A stretch of DNA of 64,000 nucleotides from Phoronis australis (GCA_002633005.1 NMRA01000003.1:2740686-2804685); one strand, 5' to 3'. Positions 1-15,000 are shown, counted from the stretch's first letter. The notes: generated from the sequence alone by a model not told the origin. Numbers and translations: made by a program.

Positions 1-1
1 C

Positions 2-3000
2 GCAAAAGTTGTGTTTTTCACGGTAGTTTTGTCAATCGTTGTCATTTCCGTATACGACGTGTTGACTAACTTCGAAGAAAACAATTGTCAGATGACCTGG
101 ATGTATGAATATCCTTCTTATATAGTAAGTGTTATCGGCAATGACCAATTATTGAAAGTAGTAACGCGCGGCTCAAGCTGTTTACCCTGGGCGGTGCCGG
201 TGTGGGTGTTCGGTTGTCGTCTGTTCCGCCGGCGCCGGGTCAATTTTGGGAGTAAACAGGGTCCACCGTCTCTGACTGGCTCCAATAGAGACAGAATCCG
301 GAAGTGCATTATGTCTCACACTGCTTGAAACATCAAAGTCACGTTGTTATTAGTACCTTTCCCATTTTGCGCATAGAGATTAGAGCCGAGGGACACTATT
401 AAAAACTACTCTTTAGAAGGCCGTTGTTGCCGTTATTTCCTTCTAACTCGAACAAACACTCCTATAATCAAACTTAGTAATGCATGCAGTGTTAAAAATG
501 GGCAACTGAACGAAGGAGTGCTCGAATAAAAAGTTTGATTACGGGTGTCAGTATTTGTTTGAGTTGGAAGGAATTAAATACATCGACGGCCTCCTAAGGT
601 GTCCTGCTGGCTCTACTCTATGGCTGTGCAAAAGGTACTTATAACAATGGAACTTTTAATCAGTGTGAGGCATAATTCACCGAAAAGCTTTTGGTGCGTA
701 AAGCTCCTGTACTAGGCAACACGTAGCATCTCGGTTGGCTGGATGGGGCTATAGGCTTATACTTCCAATCACTTTCTGTACTAATTTCGTCATGTGCACT
801 TAAACAAGGGGCAGGCAAAATTCGCTCACCGTCTAAGAGGTTTTCACATTGTCAAAAATACATTTTACTATTAAAGTTATCACTTAAAAAGCACTTACTT
901 TCTTCAACAATCCTATCTTCTTCCATACATATCTTCAATGAAGCATGTACGGGAATTAAGATGACTTTGGCGAAGAATTCCAACCCCACTTTTTTAGTTG
1001 CCTTAAACTTTTTCACTGCACGCGGTAACCATAATGTATTTCTACTGACATCGTGTGAGTTAGGCAAGGATTAGCGTGAGACTGGGTGAAGCGCGTGACG
1101 TGGCACGTGACACTTGCAAAATAGCATGGGAATACATCAGGTGGTCTTTGTAAAATTTGTGTCCCTTGGACTTTTTGTTCGTCAGCTGGCCAGATTTCAC
1201 GTAATTTCCTCAAAAGGGCACCCGATGAGGGAAGCTTGAGCAAACCGAAACAGATTTTCATGGATATTTTCAAGTTATGTTGACTAAATTGTATCTGAGT
1301 CGTGGTATGTGCTAATTATAACTCCATGTGCATACATGCATGTTTCATTCGATTTTATTTGCTTTATTTTGAGATGAGTAACTTTTTATTGGGATGTACT
1401 ATCGCTACTGTATGGCCTGTTCCTATACGAGGTTCATTTGTCAGAAGCTCCTGTAGGAGCTTCACCGTCTCTACTGGGGCTAGCTAGAGACAGTAGTCAC
1501 GGTTTATTTTGGGAGTAGACAGTACCACCGTCTCAAACAGTGTCAACTGGCCCCAGTAGAGATGTGGGACATCCTATAGGTCCTTCATACACCTGAAGCT
1601 TTTTTGCGAAGTATGCTTCGCACTGCTTAAACTATCAAAGCTATATTGCTTTAGTATAGGGAGACTTAAGGAGGCAGTTGATGTCTTTAACTCTTTCCAG
1701 CTCAAACAAATACTCCTACAATCAAACTTTTTTCAAACAGTCCTTTCAGTTGCTGAAATCAGCAACTGGCCATTTTTACATTGCTTGTGCTAGGAGACAT
1801 GATGTCATATCTTACCTAGTAAAAAATGAAAGCTTAAAGAGTTTACAAAGTACACTTAAAAATGAAACAGTTAATGAAAACCAGAGACGAATTGCCAACT
1901 AACTTAACTACAACTTGTCTGAAGATCTCAAAAATACAAAGAACTTGTAAATTCTCATTCTTGCTCTGTACATCTTCACGTTGAAAAACCTTAGAGTATA
2001 GTATGATATCAAAGCTCTGCCACACTTACAAGGCATAGCTATTCAAGTGTAGGTCACATGCAAACGCATATGCAAATAGACTATAGAGCTGAATGCAAAG
2101 CACTGTGAACCCCGGTGACGCTCTGAACCAATGCAGGAACAGCAGTAAATGAGAACAGTCTTCTAAACAGCGTGTTGAATTATAAACCCTCTTTCTTTTA
2201 CTTTCCAGCCAGCCAAATTAAAGCAGTCTGTGCAACAGAGATTTCCACGTTATGGATTGTATCTGTACGGCGAGGGGTATGGACAGTCATATTGTCATTA
2301 AGCTGTTACGCTTACCTGCACTCTATATGTAACTTTCATTGTTACCACTAATTGGGTTAAAATTTAGTGATTCCATAGCTTTTTAAAAACTAAGAATTTA
2401 CTATTGCTTGAACAGGACTTGGAATTTTTTCTTTTAAGAGATTTTCTTCTTTTTTGGTTTCAATTTCCTCTATTTGATTTCGAGTTTCCTCTTTTTTCGT
2501 CTCTTTTTCATCATTATTTTGACTTTATTCATGCAAAAACGTTTATTTCAGTTAAATTTTACAACACAAAAATATTTCCATCACATAAGCCTATTTATTT
2601 GTGGAGCGATACATCACCTGGAAAAAATTCCTCTTTTTTGTCATTGGTCATTCCAAGCCCTGTTTGATAAGGCTTGTCGTTAAAAACAACTTGTAAGCCA
2701 TCACGATCTGATCCCACGTCTAGAGATAATTTCTGTGTAAGAAATGATGTATGACCTATGTTAAAACATTTGTTGATCTAAATCAGAGTTTTTACAAAAT
2801 ATTGGTTCGTTATAGTTCATCAAACAATAGGAGATAAAGAATTAAGAGACCTACTTGTACATTCATGCATGGACATTTTTGTGTGAATTCTTTGATTATC
2901 CCACCAAACAACAACAATAGTCAGCAATTTGACAGCATGATGGCCGTAGAGAATTGACAAAAAGCAATGGGAAGTCATTTGGCACTGTCGTGCATTAAAC

Positions 3001-6000
3001 TACCCTACAAGAGTTCTGGATTCTGTCCACTCCCTACTCTACTGCCATCCAGTGACATGTCATACTTCATTTTGAGGCAACTATATCAAAAAATGACTAT
3101 TCATTAAATGAATCTTTATGAAAAACCATGTTACGTCCTGCAGTTGTAGTATGCTTTTAAAATTTCTTAATATTTTTTCAGGGCTTATGCAGAAAGAATT
3201 AGGTGAGTATTGCCAAAATCACTGTATTTTATTCTTTGTACTACGATTCAAGTGCATGTTGAATCATATGTTTTCATTCTATGTTATTGCTTTCGTGAAG
3301 TTGCATTTATCTATTATGAAGATCTCTTAAATATGACCAAATATTAATAAAATGCACGGGTTTTATCCATTTTTATGCGCCCGCATACTTATATGGGGGC
3401 GCATTATGTGTCATGGTAGCAAAGTCTGACAAACATTCATCGAAAAATGTTCTAACCTATTTAATCTGTGGCGAATTGAGAATTATCTTAATCAAAGGTA
3501 TGAAGTAACATACTGCATGTTAGAAGCCAGCTAGCTGTATGAAGACTATCATCAAAATACAGCTATGTACCACTGTGTGTTGAGCTCCAATAGACCCTGA
3601 ACTTTTGCACTGCCTGAGTAGTGGTGCTCAACAACTCGTCGTAGAACTTATATCAACATGTAGAGCTAACGACTGACTCACCTTGCGCGTTACAGCCGTC
3701 TCAGGAGATGATGACAGCTTTACAGCAGCAACATTTGTTCTGAAATTCAGTTTGCCGGCATTGAGCTACTAAAAACTTGTAATGAAGTGAAACCAGTTCC
3801 AGTAATTTGTTGTGATATGTATGCAACCTCGTGGAAGAACAATTGATTGAAGAATCAACGAAAAAGAAACTGGCCAATTGGTGGCACAATCTTTCATGGC
3901 ACTGAAGGCCGACCCTGAATATCGCTCCGCAACTTGGCATGACAGTGACAGTAAAACGAACGCCAATTTTTGCATCACTGATAAATAATTTAGTTTAATC
4001 AAGGAAGAGAGTAATTTTTAAGGACAATAATTTTGTGTCAATTTTTATTTGGCCAGTTTTTTACCCACATCAGTGCAAACTAACTGCATAATATATGATA
4101 GTCTAAAAATCTGAAAATCAAGAAATGTGACAAACCTTACATATTCAAAACAATTATTTCAGCAACTTCCATCTCTCAGGAATACCTGTCTTGTTCATAC
4201 CTGGAAATGCTGGCAGTTATAAGCAAGGTAAGTCTACAAGTCTACCCTTGTCAGGCTGTAGCATTTAACATAGTCTCTCCCTTGCTACATGTCGACATTT
4301 CACTCTTTGAGAGCCCTGGCTGCTCATCACTTTATGGTCTTTACATAAACAGTTCAGGAACTTAGGTTTTCATAACAACATATTTTCAGTCCATATTTCT
4401 TTTCAAAAGATCTTTCGTTACTTTTAACGTCTTTAAGTATTTTTTTCACGATTGATCTCATAGTCTGCTTTGAAGTCAGAAAGCAACTTGAATGGCTGTA
4501 CTTTCTTTTACATCAATTTGTGTATTATTTCCTTTGTGTAGTGAGGTCTCTTGGCTCTGTTGCTCTGAGGAAAGCTGAAACATTCAGACAAGGCCTCCAC
4601 TTTAACTATTTTGCTGTGGACTTAAATGAGGTAACTCATCCTTTTAGTAAGATAGGTCAAGAGGTCATGTAGAACATGGTTTTCTATTGGCTACCCTTTA
4701 GGTCAAGAGGTCATGTTGAACATGGTTGCTTATTGGCTACACATATAAATATTGTCATGAACCATGCAATTTACCTTTGTTTGATACTGGGATTATTGGT
4801 TATTTTTGTTTTAAAATGGGTTGGTAATGAGTTTAGTCATTTTCAACTTGACAAATATAGCCTCACAATGTCAGCATTGGTGGAACATGTTCATGTGTGC
4901 ACTCATATACTCAACTGTCATTTTACAGGAACTGTCAGGTTTGTTTGGTGGAGTCCTGCAGGAACAAACAGGTACAGTGGTCATTGTTTGATGATGTCAT
5001 GGAGTATGGCACAATGTATGTGTTGGATAACTTTTGTAATATAATGAAGACTTGACCCATAGTGTAGATGACACCTACTGTCACCTGGGTGATGGTTTTT
5101 GCCTACTGCGTGGAATGGGCTTGTCCGAGGTTGGCCTAGATACTGTGTCAGAAATTCATTTTTTTTTTCATCGACATGAAGCAGGCAGTAAGAGCTCTGT
5201 CGGATGCATGCGACTGTCATGTGATGTTCTTCTGGAGTTTCAGTCTATGTTTTGTCAAATCCTTGTTCTAGAATTTGTCCACGAATGTGTCAAACACATT
5301 TTGACGCTTTACAAGAAAGTCAGAAGCCCTCCCTCTAGTGTCGTCATTGTCGGTCATTCTATGGTGAGTCACATCATCTTCATTAGTAAATACAGAACTT
5401 GTCAGTTATCTTATTTCAAGGATAAAATAGTGTCTCAAGCCAACGTAAGCATTAAGTCAATGTACAAGTTAAATTGTTAATTGATCATTACTCAAATCTT
5501 CTTTCAGATGTGCCAGCAAACTTCAATCTATATTAAGTTTGACATTTTGAGCACAAGACTAGCTGTGGCTCACATCTGCACTTGATTCTACTTTAATTTG
5601 TTTTCTCAGGGGGGTGTGATTGCCCGAGGCCTGTTCACGCTGGCTGACTTTGACCCCCAGCTGGTTCACACCATCATCACTCAGGCCACACCTCACCAAT
5701 CACCAGGTAGGTCAGGGGTCAAGTCTGTAGTATTTATTCATTACTAACATGCAGACAGTGGAAATGAATGTTTTCATGATTCTGTGATTCTGGTAATGTT
5801 TGTCTCAACAATTGACCTTTCGCAAGCTCCGCCCCCTTGCGAAATGTCGACAAACAAACAATAGGTTTTACCTGGCAACGTGTAAAATGGCGGCTTGGAA
5901 ACCAAGATGTGTCAAGAATGCTGCGTTCTGATTGGTCACTTAAGCCGTCACTCAAAGTCCTGGCGATCGGTCAATTTTGGTAGCTTTTGTAACTTGAGCC

Positions 6001-9000
6001 CAGCTGGAGGTTCCACATTTAATTCATTCATCAGAATTATTATTGTTGATAAATATTTCGATGGTTGATGAAGTTTGTGAAAATAAGATTTTCTATACTC
6101 CCTTTATAAGGAGTTGTGAGTTTGGCAGGTCAAAGGGTCATCTTTGCTTGCGTTACAATTTCTTGTTTGTGTTGGTCATGGCATTTTCATGTTTGAGGTG
6201 TATGTATTGTGAAATAACAACTTCTAAAAGGATATCAAACCTGGTTTTGGCTTATAAACAGAGATTCACAGCAACATTCCCAAGCAGTCATCTAAAACAA
6301 ATAATGCTCTGTCTGTAACCTTCCTAAGTCAGTTTAACGGGCAAGTGTGGGTCACACGTTAGGCGAGTTACATGACAATCGTAGGAAAAGGTCACCCAGC
6401 AAGAATCATAATATTCTGTCTGTTACACAGTGAGTATGCACTTTTAGTTGAATTATATTTGTATCACTCAGGTGAAGGTGTTTTAGCGACAGACAGAACA
6501 AGGATTGGTTGAAATTGCCAAATCAGAGTTTAGTAGCCCTTTAAGAAGACTCTGAGGTAATTTCTGCCATGTTTACCCAATGAATGTGCACTATTCCTTG
6601 AGACATCCTCTGTTATTTTATTCTTTATGTCTGTATCACAGTGATCCCTCTGGACTACAGCATTAATGACTACTACAGTCGTGTGAACGCACACTGGATG
6701 GAGAATGGGACCACAACTCTCAATCATGTGACTGTGTTCTCCACTGGAGGTGGCTACAGGGACCTCCTGGTGAGGTCTGGGCTTACATCAGTGCAACAGG
6801 TAAGTTACCATGGTGCCATAACAAACGTGTAGTCTGTGAAATTGTGTCCTTTTCATTTGCACATTAACCTGTCCCAAGACTTCAGAGTTGGGACAAAGGA
6901 GGACTTTCGGAATGCCATTAAGTTTTCTTAGTTTTGATTCCCTTAAGTTTTTATCTGCTAGTCTGTAGATATGTGGATACATATTGCCGTCATTTCTGTT
7001 GGGACGTCTGGCGCCCACTGTTGTATCTCCAAAACCCATGAGAGGATCTTTATGAAAGTTGGTGGATGTGTTTCTATGGATATGACGATGCATGGCAGTG
7101 ACGTTTAGATGGATCTGACTTCTGATGTAACCCCTAATGGCAATTTTAATATTTTACGTTTGCCTCAGTCTGTATCTTTGGAGTTCCTTGTTGGATTTTC
7201 ATGAAATTTGGCAAATAGGTTTGGTGGAGTTAACCTATTCTACACTACCTTTTTATGCGCCCACATATTTATATGTGGACGCATTGTGCCGTCATCTCCA
7301 TCCGTCTGTCCGTCCGTCCGTCCGTCTGGGCGGCGTCCGTCCGGCGTCCGCTGCTCTATCTCCAAAACCCTTTGACATACGTTCATGAAATTTGGCACAT
7401 ATGTTCCATTCATGAATGGGACGGCATGTGCAATCTTTCGGACGGATCCGACTACCGGTGTGCCCCCTAGTGGGAATTTTAGTTTTTTACGCTTACCTTT
7501 GTATCTTCAAGTCCTGAACGGATTTTCATGAAATTTTGTATGTAGGCACCTATTAGTGAGATGACGCTATCCTCCCGTTTTCAGATGGATTTGACATAAT
7601 TTGCGCCACCTAGTGGCCATTTTTAGTGTTTTCAAGTCTGTTTTTGTGCGTCCACCCCTTTATCAACCAAACCGCTCAAAGGATGATTGTGAAAATTGGC
7701 ATGTATATGCTTACTACGTAGAGGACAGTTGACGATGATTTTCCGACGATTTCAACTACTGTGGCGCCTCCTAGTGGCAGTTTTGTTATTTTGCGCCTAT
7801 GGCTGTATCTCCTAAACCGTTCGCAGGATCTTTACGAAATTGTGTAAGTATATTTATATGATGTTAATAACGGAAGATGATGACCTTTGGACGGATCCAA
7901 CTACCGGTGTGCCCCCTAGTGGCAATTTTAATTTTTTTACGCTTACCTTTGTATCTTCAAAAGTCCTGAACGGATTTTCATGAAATTTGGTATGTAGGCA
8001 CCTATTAGTGAGATGACGCTATCCTCCTGTTTTCGGATGGATTCAACATAGTTTGCGCCACCTAGTGGCCATTTTTAGTGTTTTCGAGTCTGTTTTTGTG
8101 CGTCCACCCCTCTATCAACCAAACCGCTCAAAGGATGATTGTGAAAATTGGCATGTATATGCTTACTACGTAGAGGACAGTTGACGATGATGAGCCTGTA
8201 TTTTTGCGTCCACCCCTTTATCAACCAAACCGCTCAAAGGATGATTGTGAAAATTGGCGTATATGTGCTTACTATATAGAGGACAGCTGACAATGATTTT
8301 CAGACGATTTGGACTACTGTGACGCCTCCTAGTGGCAGTTTTTTTTTTGTGCCTATGGCTGTATCTCCTAAACCGTTCGCAGGATCTTTATGAAATTTAA
8401 TAAGTGTATTTATATGATGTTAACAACAGACGGTGACGATTTTTGGACGGATCCGCCTACCAGTGTGCCCCCTAGTGGCAATTTTATTTTTTTACGTTTA
8501 CCTCTGTATCTTCACAAGTCCTTAACGGATTTTCATGAAATTTCGTATGTAGGCACCTATTAGTGTGATGACGNGCCATAACAAACGTGTAGTCTGTGAA
8601 ATTGTGTCCTTTCCATTTGCACATTAACCTGTCCCAAGACTTGAGAGTTGGGACAAAGGAGTACTTTCAGAATAAAGTTTTCTTAGTTTTGATTCCCTTA
8701 ACTTTTTATCTGCTAGCCTGTTGATATGTGGATACATATTGCCGTCATTTCTGTTGGGATATCTGGCGCCCGGTGTTGTATCTCCAAAACCCATTAGAGG
8801 ATCTTTATGAAAATTAGTGGATGTGTTTCTATGGATATGGCGACGCATGGCATTGAGGTTTAGATGGATCTGACTTCTGATGTAACCCCTAGTGGCAATT
8901 TTAATATTTTACGTTTGCCTCTGTATCTTTGGAGTTCCTTGTTGGATTTTCATGAAATTTAACAAATAGGTTTGTTGGAGTTGACCTATTCTACACTAGC

Positions 9001-12000
9001 TTTTGACCATTTTTATTATTTTCGAGTCTGTTTTTGCATCCACCTCTCCTCTGCCAAGCTGCTCGAAGGATCATTATAAAAATGAGCAGACGTGTTCCTG
9101 GTGAGAAGACGTCTGCTGACATTGGACAGGTGTGGCCACTGTGCCATCCCATTGTTTGCAGTTTTGTTTTTTGCAGTTACAACTGTTTCTCCTTATCCAC
9201 TTGCGGGATCTTTGTGACAGTTTGTGATTTTCTATCGGGACTTTCCATAGATAAGCCCGTGGGGGTGTATTCGGAAAATGAAAAGTTTCAGGCATTTCAG
9301 TAACACCAAATAAATGCCCGGGCGTTTATTTGGAAAGGGGGAGCGTGTAAACAGACAGTCATAGCCTCAGCTGATATGAAAATATCAGCGATTATGTGCA
9401 TAAAACTGTGCTTTTTAATTTTAAGTTAATAAATACATAGTTCGCTAACACTTTGTGCACTTTCATAAATGGTTAAACTGAATTTGTGGCTAAAAGTTGA
9501 TGCTGAGTAGACTTCCTCACTATCTGGACACTTTGACATTAGAAGTTGTAACACCAAAAAAGCCCATAGGCATTTATTCGGCATACTTATCGGGTAGGCT
9601 TTAGTCCACTGAACTATCAAGTCCACTGCCTGATTACAGAAATCCAGTTAAACATGGCATTAATTTGTTATCAAGATCTGTTTTCACCTTTTACTTGCTG
9701 TTTTAAGAGAAATCAACATTTTGTCCAGTTCTTATAGAACACAATCGGCTTGTTTACTCTGCCTAGTTCTCCCACATTCGAGTACACAAGTGCTGTGCAT
9801 GCACAGCTGGTACATGTAACTGTGGACAAAGGCAGTAATTCAAAGCATGTTCCTTAATACCTGCTGTTTTTGTTGCAGATTGTTGCTGACAACAGGTCTG
9901 TGTCTTCAGTCACTATGTCTATTCCAAGAGCGTGGGTCTCCGCTGACCATCTGTGCATTGTATGGTGAGTCCTCTTGGCAGTCCGCTGCAAAACAACTTG
10001 ATGTTTTTGTTTACTCTTCTCATATATACCTTAGTTTAGAGTTTCAATGAGAATTGTTTCACATGACCTCAGACTAAAGTGATAATTACATCTTATGTTC
10101 CTGCACTCTGGTACTAAAACTTAAGCAGAGCATCTGGTGTACTCCTGGCCCATTACTATATGTTAATGGCCTCCCAGAGGGACTGACGTACAGCAAAATG
10201 GAGTGACTTCCCTGGGCGCATTTATCACATCGACAGTGTAAGACATTAGTTGCACCTTAACCCTGTTTTTTCTTCAAGTGAAACTTGCACGCTAATTCCT
10301 TATCTCTGTGATTTTTGGCCAAATTAGTTAGAACAACATAAGATGAGATGTGAATATGAAGTAGGTTGAAAATTGCCAAATGTTTTTAAGAATGAGTTTT
10401 GTGGTGAAAATGATCTGCCGCTAATCACTGAACCGTGTCTAGTGAAGTATCGTGATGTGATGCTGTGGAATAACACGGCATGTTGCGGGCTATGTGAGCC
10501 CGCGAGGTACATCATTAGTGCAAAGATCACCTATTTGCAGATTTTTTTGTTTTCACATTTACAACTGCACTTTGTTTAACATAGACTGTGGTAAAATAGC
10601 ATTGTCGGTTAGTTCTTGCTATACATTAACATTGTTAGGAGCATGCAAATATGTATTTAAATGGTCTACTATTGTGTTCTTTGAGTCAATTCGAAATCCA
10701 AAGGCTATGAAAGTTTTATGTAAATTTTGAAAAGCACTCCTGCTACTTTCAGAATCGTGTTTGGTTCACACAGATATTTATGCATTGTAAGCAACCATCC
10801 TGAACTGTGTACAGCTATCTTGACCTGTGTAAATAATCTTGAACTGTTTACCTCCATCTTGAAGTGTGTGCAATCATCTTGACCTGTGTACCGCCATCTT
10901 GAACTGTGTACAGCAATTTTAAACAGTTATTCACCTCTCACTATACTCACCCGCTGTGAATCTTAGATTACACTTACTGCTTGCATTGGGCTTGACATGT
11001 GGCCTGTGCACGTCTGTTGCTATTCAGGTATCGGACAGCCTGCAAAGTTTTTTTTTACTGCTTGTAACCGTCACAACTATTCTATTCTTCTCACATCATA
11101 TACAGCTCTCACATTACTCTTCTGTTCTCTTCAGGTGTAATGAGTTTGTGTTGGCCACCAAGAGAGCCATGTTTGACCTAATTGATGTCAAAACTGGACA
11201 GATTACTACGGACCCCGAGTACAGGGTGCGCGTGTTCCAACATCATTTCCACCACAATCCGGGCTACGCATTCACTTTTGATCCACCCAGTAGTGTTGGT
11301 CTGAAGAGCATTAAATGGGAAGTTAAGGACCAGTTACAATGGAGCTTCACAAGAGACGAGGTAACAGGAGTGAGAAAGATGCGAAGGAGATTATCTGTCG
11401 TGATCAAATATTTTGAAACCACTATAAACCATGTTGTTGAGTCACTAAGAACTATCGTCACAGGAGGTGTTCTTCCACATCATCGTTGTCTATTATCATT
11501 TGTTTGATTTTAAAATCAAAAATAAAATGTCTGCAGCTCCCCCTATTGTCCATATTGCTTCAGCACCTGACAAGTAATTTGGTGATCCGTCTCCAACTGA
11601 AAGCAGTTCTTTTCAAGCTCTTATCTCAGTATGGAAAATGAGTTTTATAATTCGTGATAAGTGGCTTCAATCACATGTTGTCATTTGAAAGAAGGCAAAA
11701 GTTTATTGCACATTTAACATTTAAGATTTTGTAGTCTCTGTTGATCAGTCATGAAGAACCTGTGCTGAATAAGCATCTCACAGGTGTGTACTGCACATTA
11801 GCCCTATTCCGTTAGGCTCTTGGGCTCTCTACCATGTGATACATTCACACTCCCTGCTTGCATGCCCTTCGACCTGCTGTCACTGTTTATTTCACTGTTA
11901 ATTTCGCTTTCACCTATTGCTTGATGATGAGACATGTGGTCTCGAAATACAGCAACTATTTTGACTTGTTTGTCCGTTATGTCTCTTTGTGTTTCGCCTC

Positions 12001-15000
12001 GTAACTGCACGTAGACAGGAGATTGTATGGAGACTACGAGCGAGTATATATTAATTAAACTGTCCAACAAAAAGTAGGTCTACAGTCGCGCCTTCTACCA
12101 AGTTTTTGTCAATGAAGGACTGCTACCCAACTATACTGATATTTAACTTTATGAATCGTTAGATCTGTTTTACATAATTCTGCAATATGTTGTGTTACTG
12201 GTATTTCTAGATTAAGAAAACAAGATACTTGGTAGTTCCTGTCGTTCAAGGCTTGAGCTTTGTTGCTGTGACAACCATTCCTGGAGATACTTGGATAGTT
12301 GGCTGTATTGATGGTGAAAATATTCAACAATGGTATAACTCTTGATGAATTTTATTTGATTTATGGTTTTCATGACCAGCATTTTTTGCCTCATGTTACA
12401 AGGCTTAAGTTGTCATCATTAGGTTGCGTGAACCTATAAAAACAAGCTATCATTTTCATCCAAGACGCACTGTATGGCCACTTTTCATTCGACAATGAAC
12501 TGTTGATTTTATCATAAACTTGATTTTATTGGGACTTGTCAATCATAAATATAATAAACTACATTTAGGGAAATGTGAGGCTGTTACGAGATGCTTCCAG
12601 TGATGAAATAATAACTGGTGACGTGTTCACTAATATGTGTGTAATGAAAATAACGTCAGCCACATTGTTTGTAATTTTAGTGCTTGTATCAATACCAATG
12701 TCTGTTTTACATGATGTGTTCTGATCCTCCCAGTTCTGAAGGTGTAAACTTATCACCGATAACCAGGCTTATTGCTCCTGCCAAACTGGGCCGAAAGGTA
12801 AGTCTACTGCTTCTGTCTGCCAGGGTGTCTGCCAGCTGTTCTGATACTCACTGCTGCGGTGACTTTGACTATGATCTAAAATTATTTAATATGTAATGTT
12901 TATAACAGAAATTATAATAAGCTAACATTTTTCCTGCAGTGTGGCAATTTACTTTCATCACAGGATGTAATATCACTTGATTGTAATTTTTTGTAAACTT
13001 AACGAGCACTGGATTGGTATTGGTTAAGTATGATTCAGTCTTGGGTTTCTTTCTTAATTATTTTGCTAATTGTGTTATGCACTGGTCATGTGGTATTTAT
13101 GTTGGTTGTTACTAACTCCAGATGATTGTTTTAAACGAAGAAGACCTCCTAGACTTCACCCACCTGTTGATTTCAGTACCAGTGTCTCGTACAAAGGTAA
13201 GTGTTCTGGTACACATCTGAGAAATGTTAAAGATGCAATGTTATATGGCACAAGGCCACGCCTTGTTGTAGAATGACCTGTGTCATTTTCTTTAAACTAG
13301 AAAAACATTTTGTTCATGTGTGCCCCTGAATAGAATGCATGTTTAGAATGTATCATTTGATAATTATTTGTGAAATATTGTGTTGAAAATTTCTTGAATT
13401 CTTTGTTTCTGTTCCTCAGGTGGAAATATCAGCCGAGTTGTTCAACATGACTGAGCGTACCGTGACTTTCCACGCGCCAGGGTTCTGGAGCAGTGTGTTT
13501 GCTGGTCCAGTCAGCCTCATCTCTCCGGGTCATGTTATTCCTGTCACCCAACCAGGGGCCATGTTCTACAATATAACTGTTGCGGGCTTAGGCAATATCT
13601 GGCAAGCCATTCAAGCTAGACTAGTGTCAACAGAGTGTAGCCAGGACACTCGATTGAGTAAGGAACGTTTATAGTTTTTGACTCCCAGAAACATTGCAGT
13701 TTCCTTTATTCATTGCTAATACTTTTGTTTAAAGGATACTAATCCCTGTTGTGATGATTTCAACCAATCCTGGTTCTGTTACTTGTTAATGCATCATTGA
13801 CATCAATCTTCAAAGGAATCAACTAAATACTCCCTATCTGACAAATTGAATATTGGGTCCTTGGTGGGTGGCTTCTTGTTGTGTAATTTGCTAAATGTGT
13901 AGGTCATGCTTGCACGGCCGTTTACTGCACTTTGTAAGGAGTTTTCAATTTTTCCTCCTAACTTTTGAGAGTTGTCATGGGCTACAGAGCACTATTTTGT
14001 TTCAGAGAACTGGATGGGACAGTCGCTTTTAGTGTCTGTTAATAGGCCAAAACCGGGCTTGGTATCCTTTTAATTAAGTGATTTTTGCCACAAAACAGCA
14101 AGTTTAACAAGTATATCACCATCAATTGATCTCTTTCGTACATACATCATGTGTCATTACAGATGTGGTAGATGGCAGTCTGATGACCTTGTCAGTTCCT
14201 TGGAATATGGAGGATGTTACATCTTACTCAAGGTATTCACAAAAGAGGTCATTGTTTCCTTAGCACTGATCTGGGCTGTGTTCCTTGGATGCAAGAAACT
14301 TGCAAAGATGCAAGATGACACAAGTCTTTGTGAGATGTTACCATGCATTACTAGTGAAGCATGTGATTACACTAGCTTTACTGGCGAGTGTCTTGTGCCT
14401 ATGGAATGCTGCCCAGACCGCCACCTGTGGGTACTTTTATAAACATCTGTTAGTTCATCTGGAAGATTTATGGTGTTTTGACAAACCTAATCTTGTTGTA
14501 CTTAAAATCATGATACCAAGCAATGGGACATTATAATGTTTTAGGGTCTAATTAGTGCATTACTCGACTCCTTGTGTCACAGGCACCCAGTGTGGTTGAG
14601 TTACATATTGTTTTCATTATTATAAAAATTGGACAATTTGTTTCATCCAATGATAATGAGAATGCATCAACTACTTGGTAAGCTCCTGTGAGTTTATTTC
14701 TAAAACTCTAGTTTTCAGATTTTGAAGTCTTATAGCCACATTCTGAAATACTATGATGTCACTCTGATTCTTTGGTATTCACCCACAATTTTGCTCATTT
14801 TAGGACTATTATCTAGCTCCTGCTTATGGTTATTTTACATCAAAATTAGTTGATCTTTCACCTTTCTAATTTCAATAAGTTCTGCGACATTTTCTCTGCA
14901 TTGAATTGCAGTCCTGTATCAAAAATTAGACAGACTACTTCAGAATGGGGTGGACTACATTGTTTTTTAGTTGTCAATCTCTGCGCAGGGCCCGGGGCTA

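Noticed and set aside
7137-7470. Recurring ORFs with YAPTYLYV (also 24888 and 32932)
   Set aside because: These are translations of the non-coding HINE terminal palindrome.
7251-8573. CRISPR-like regular spacing of a short motif
   Set aside because: The intervening sequences are themselves homologous tandem units rather than unique spacers. There are no cas genes and the context is a eukaryotic intron.
9849-9858. U12-like branch site TTCCTTAAT before exon 10
   Set aside because: The matching donor at 6800 is U2-type GTAAGT, so there is no minor-intron evidence.
14062-14070. GTATCCTTT U12 donor consensus
   Set aside because: It lies mid-intron with no U12 branch site at the next acceptor, and the frame is already complete without it.
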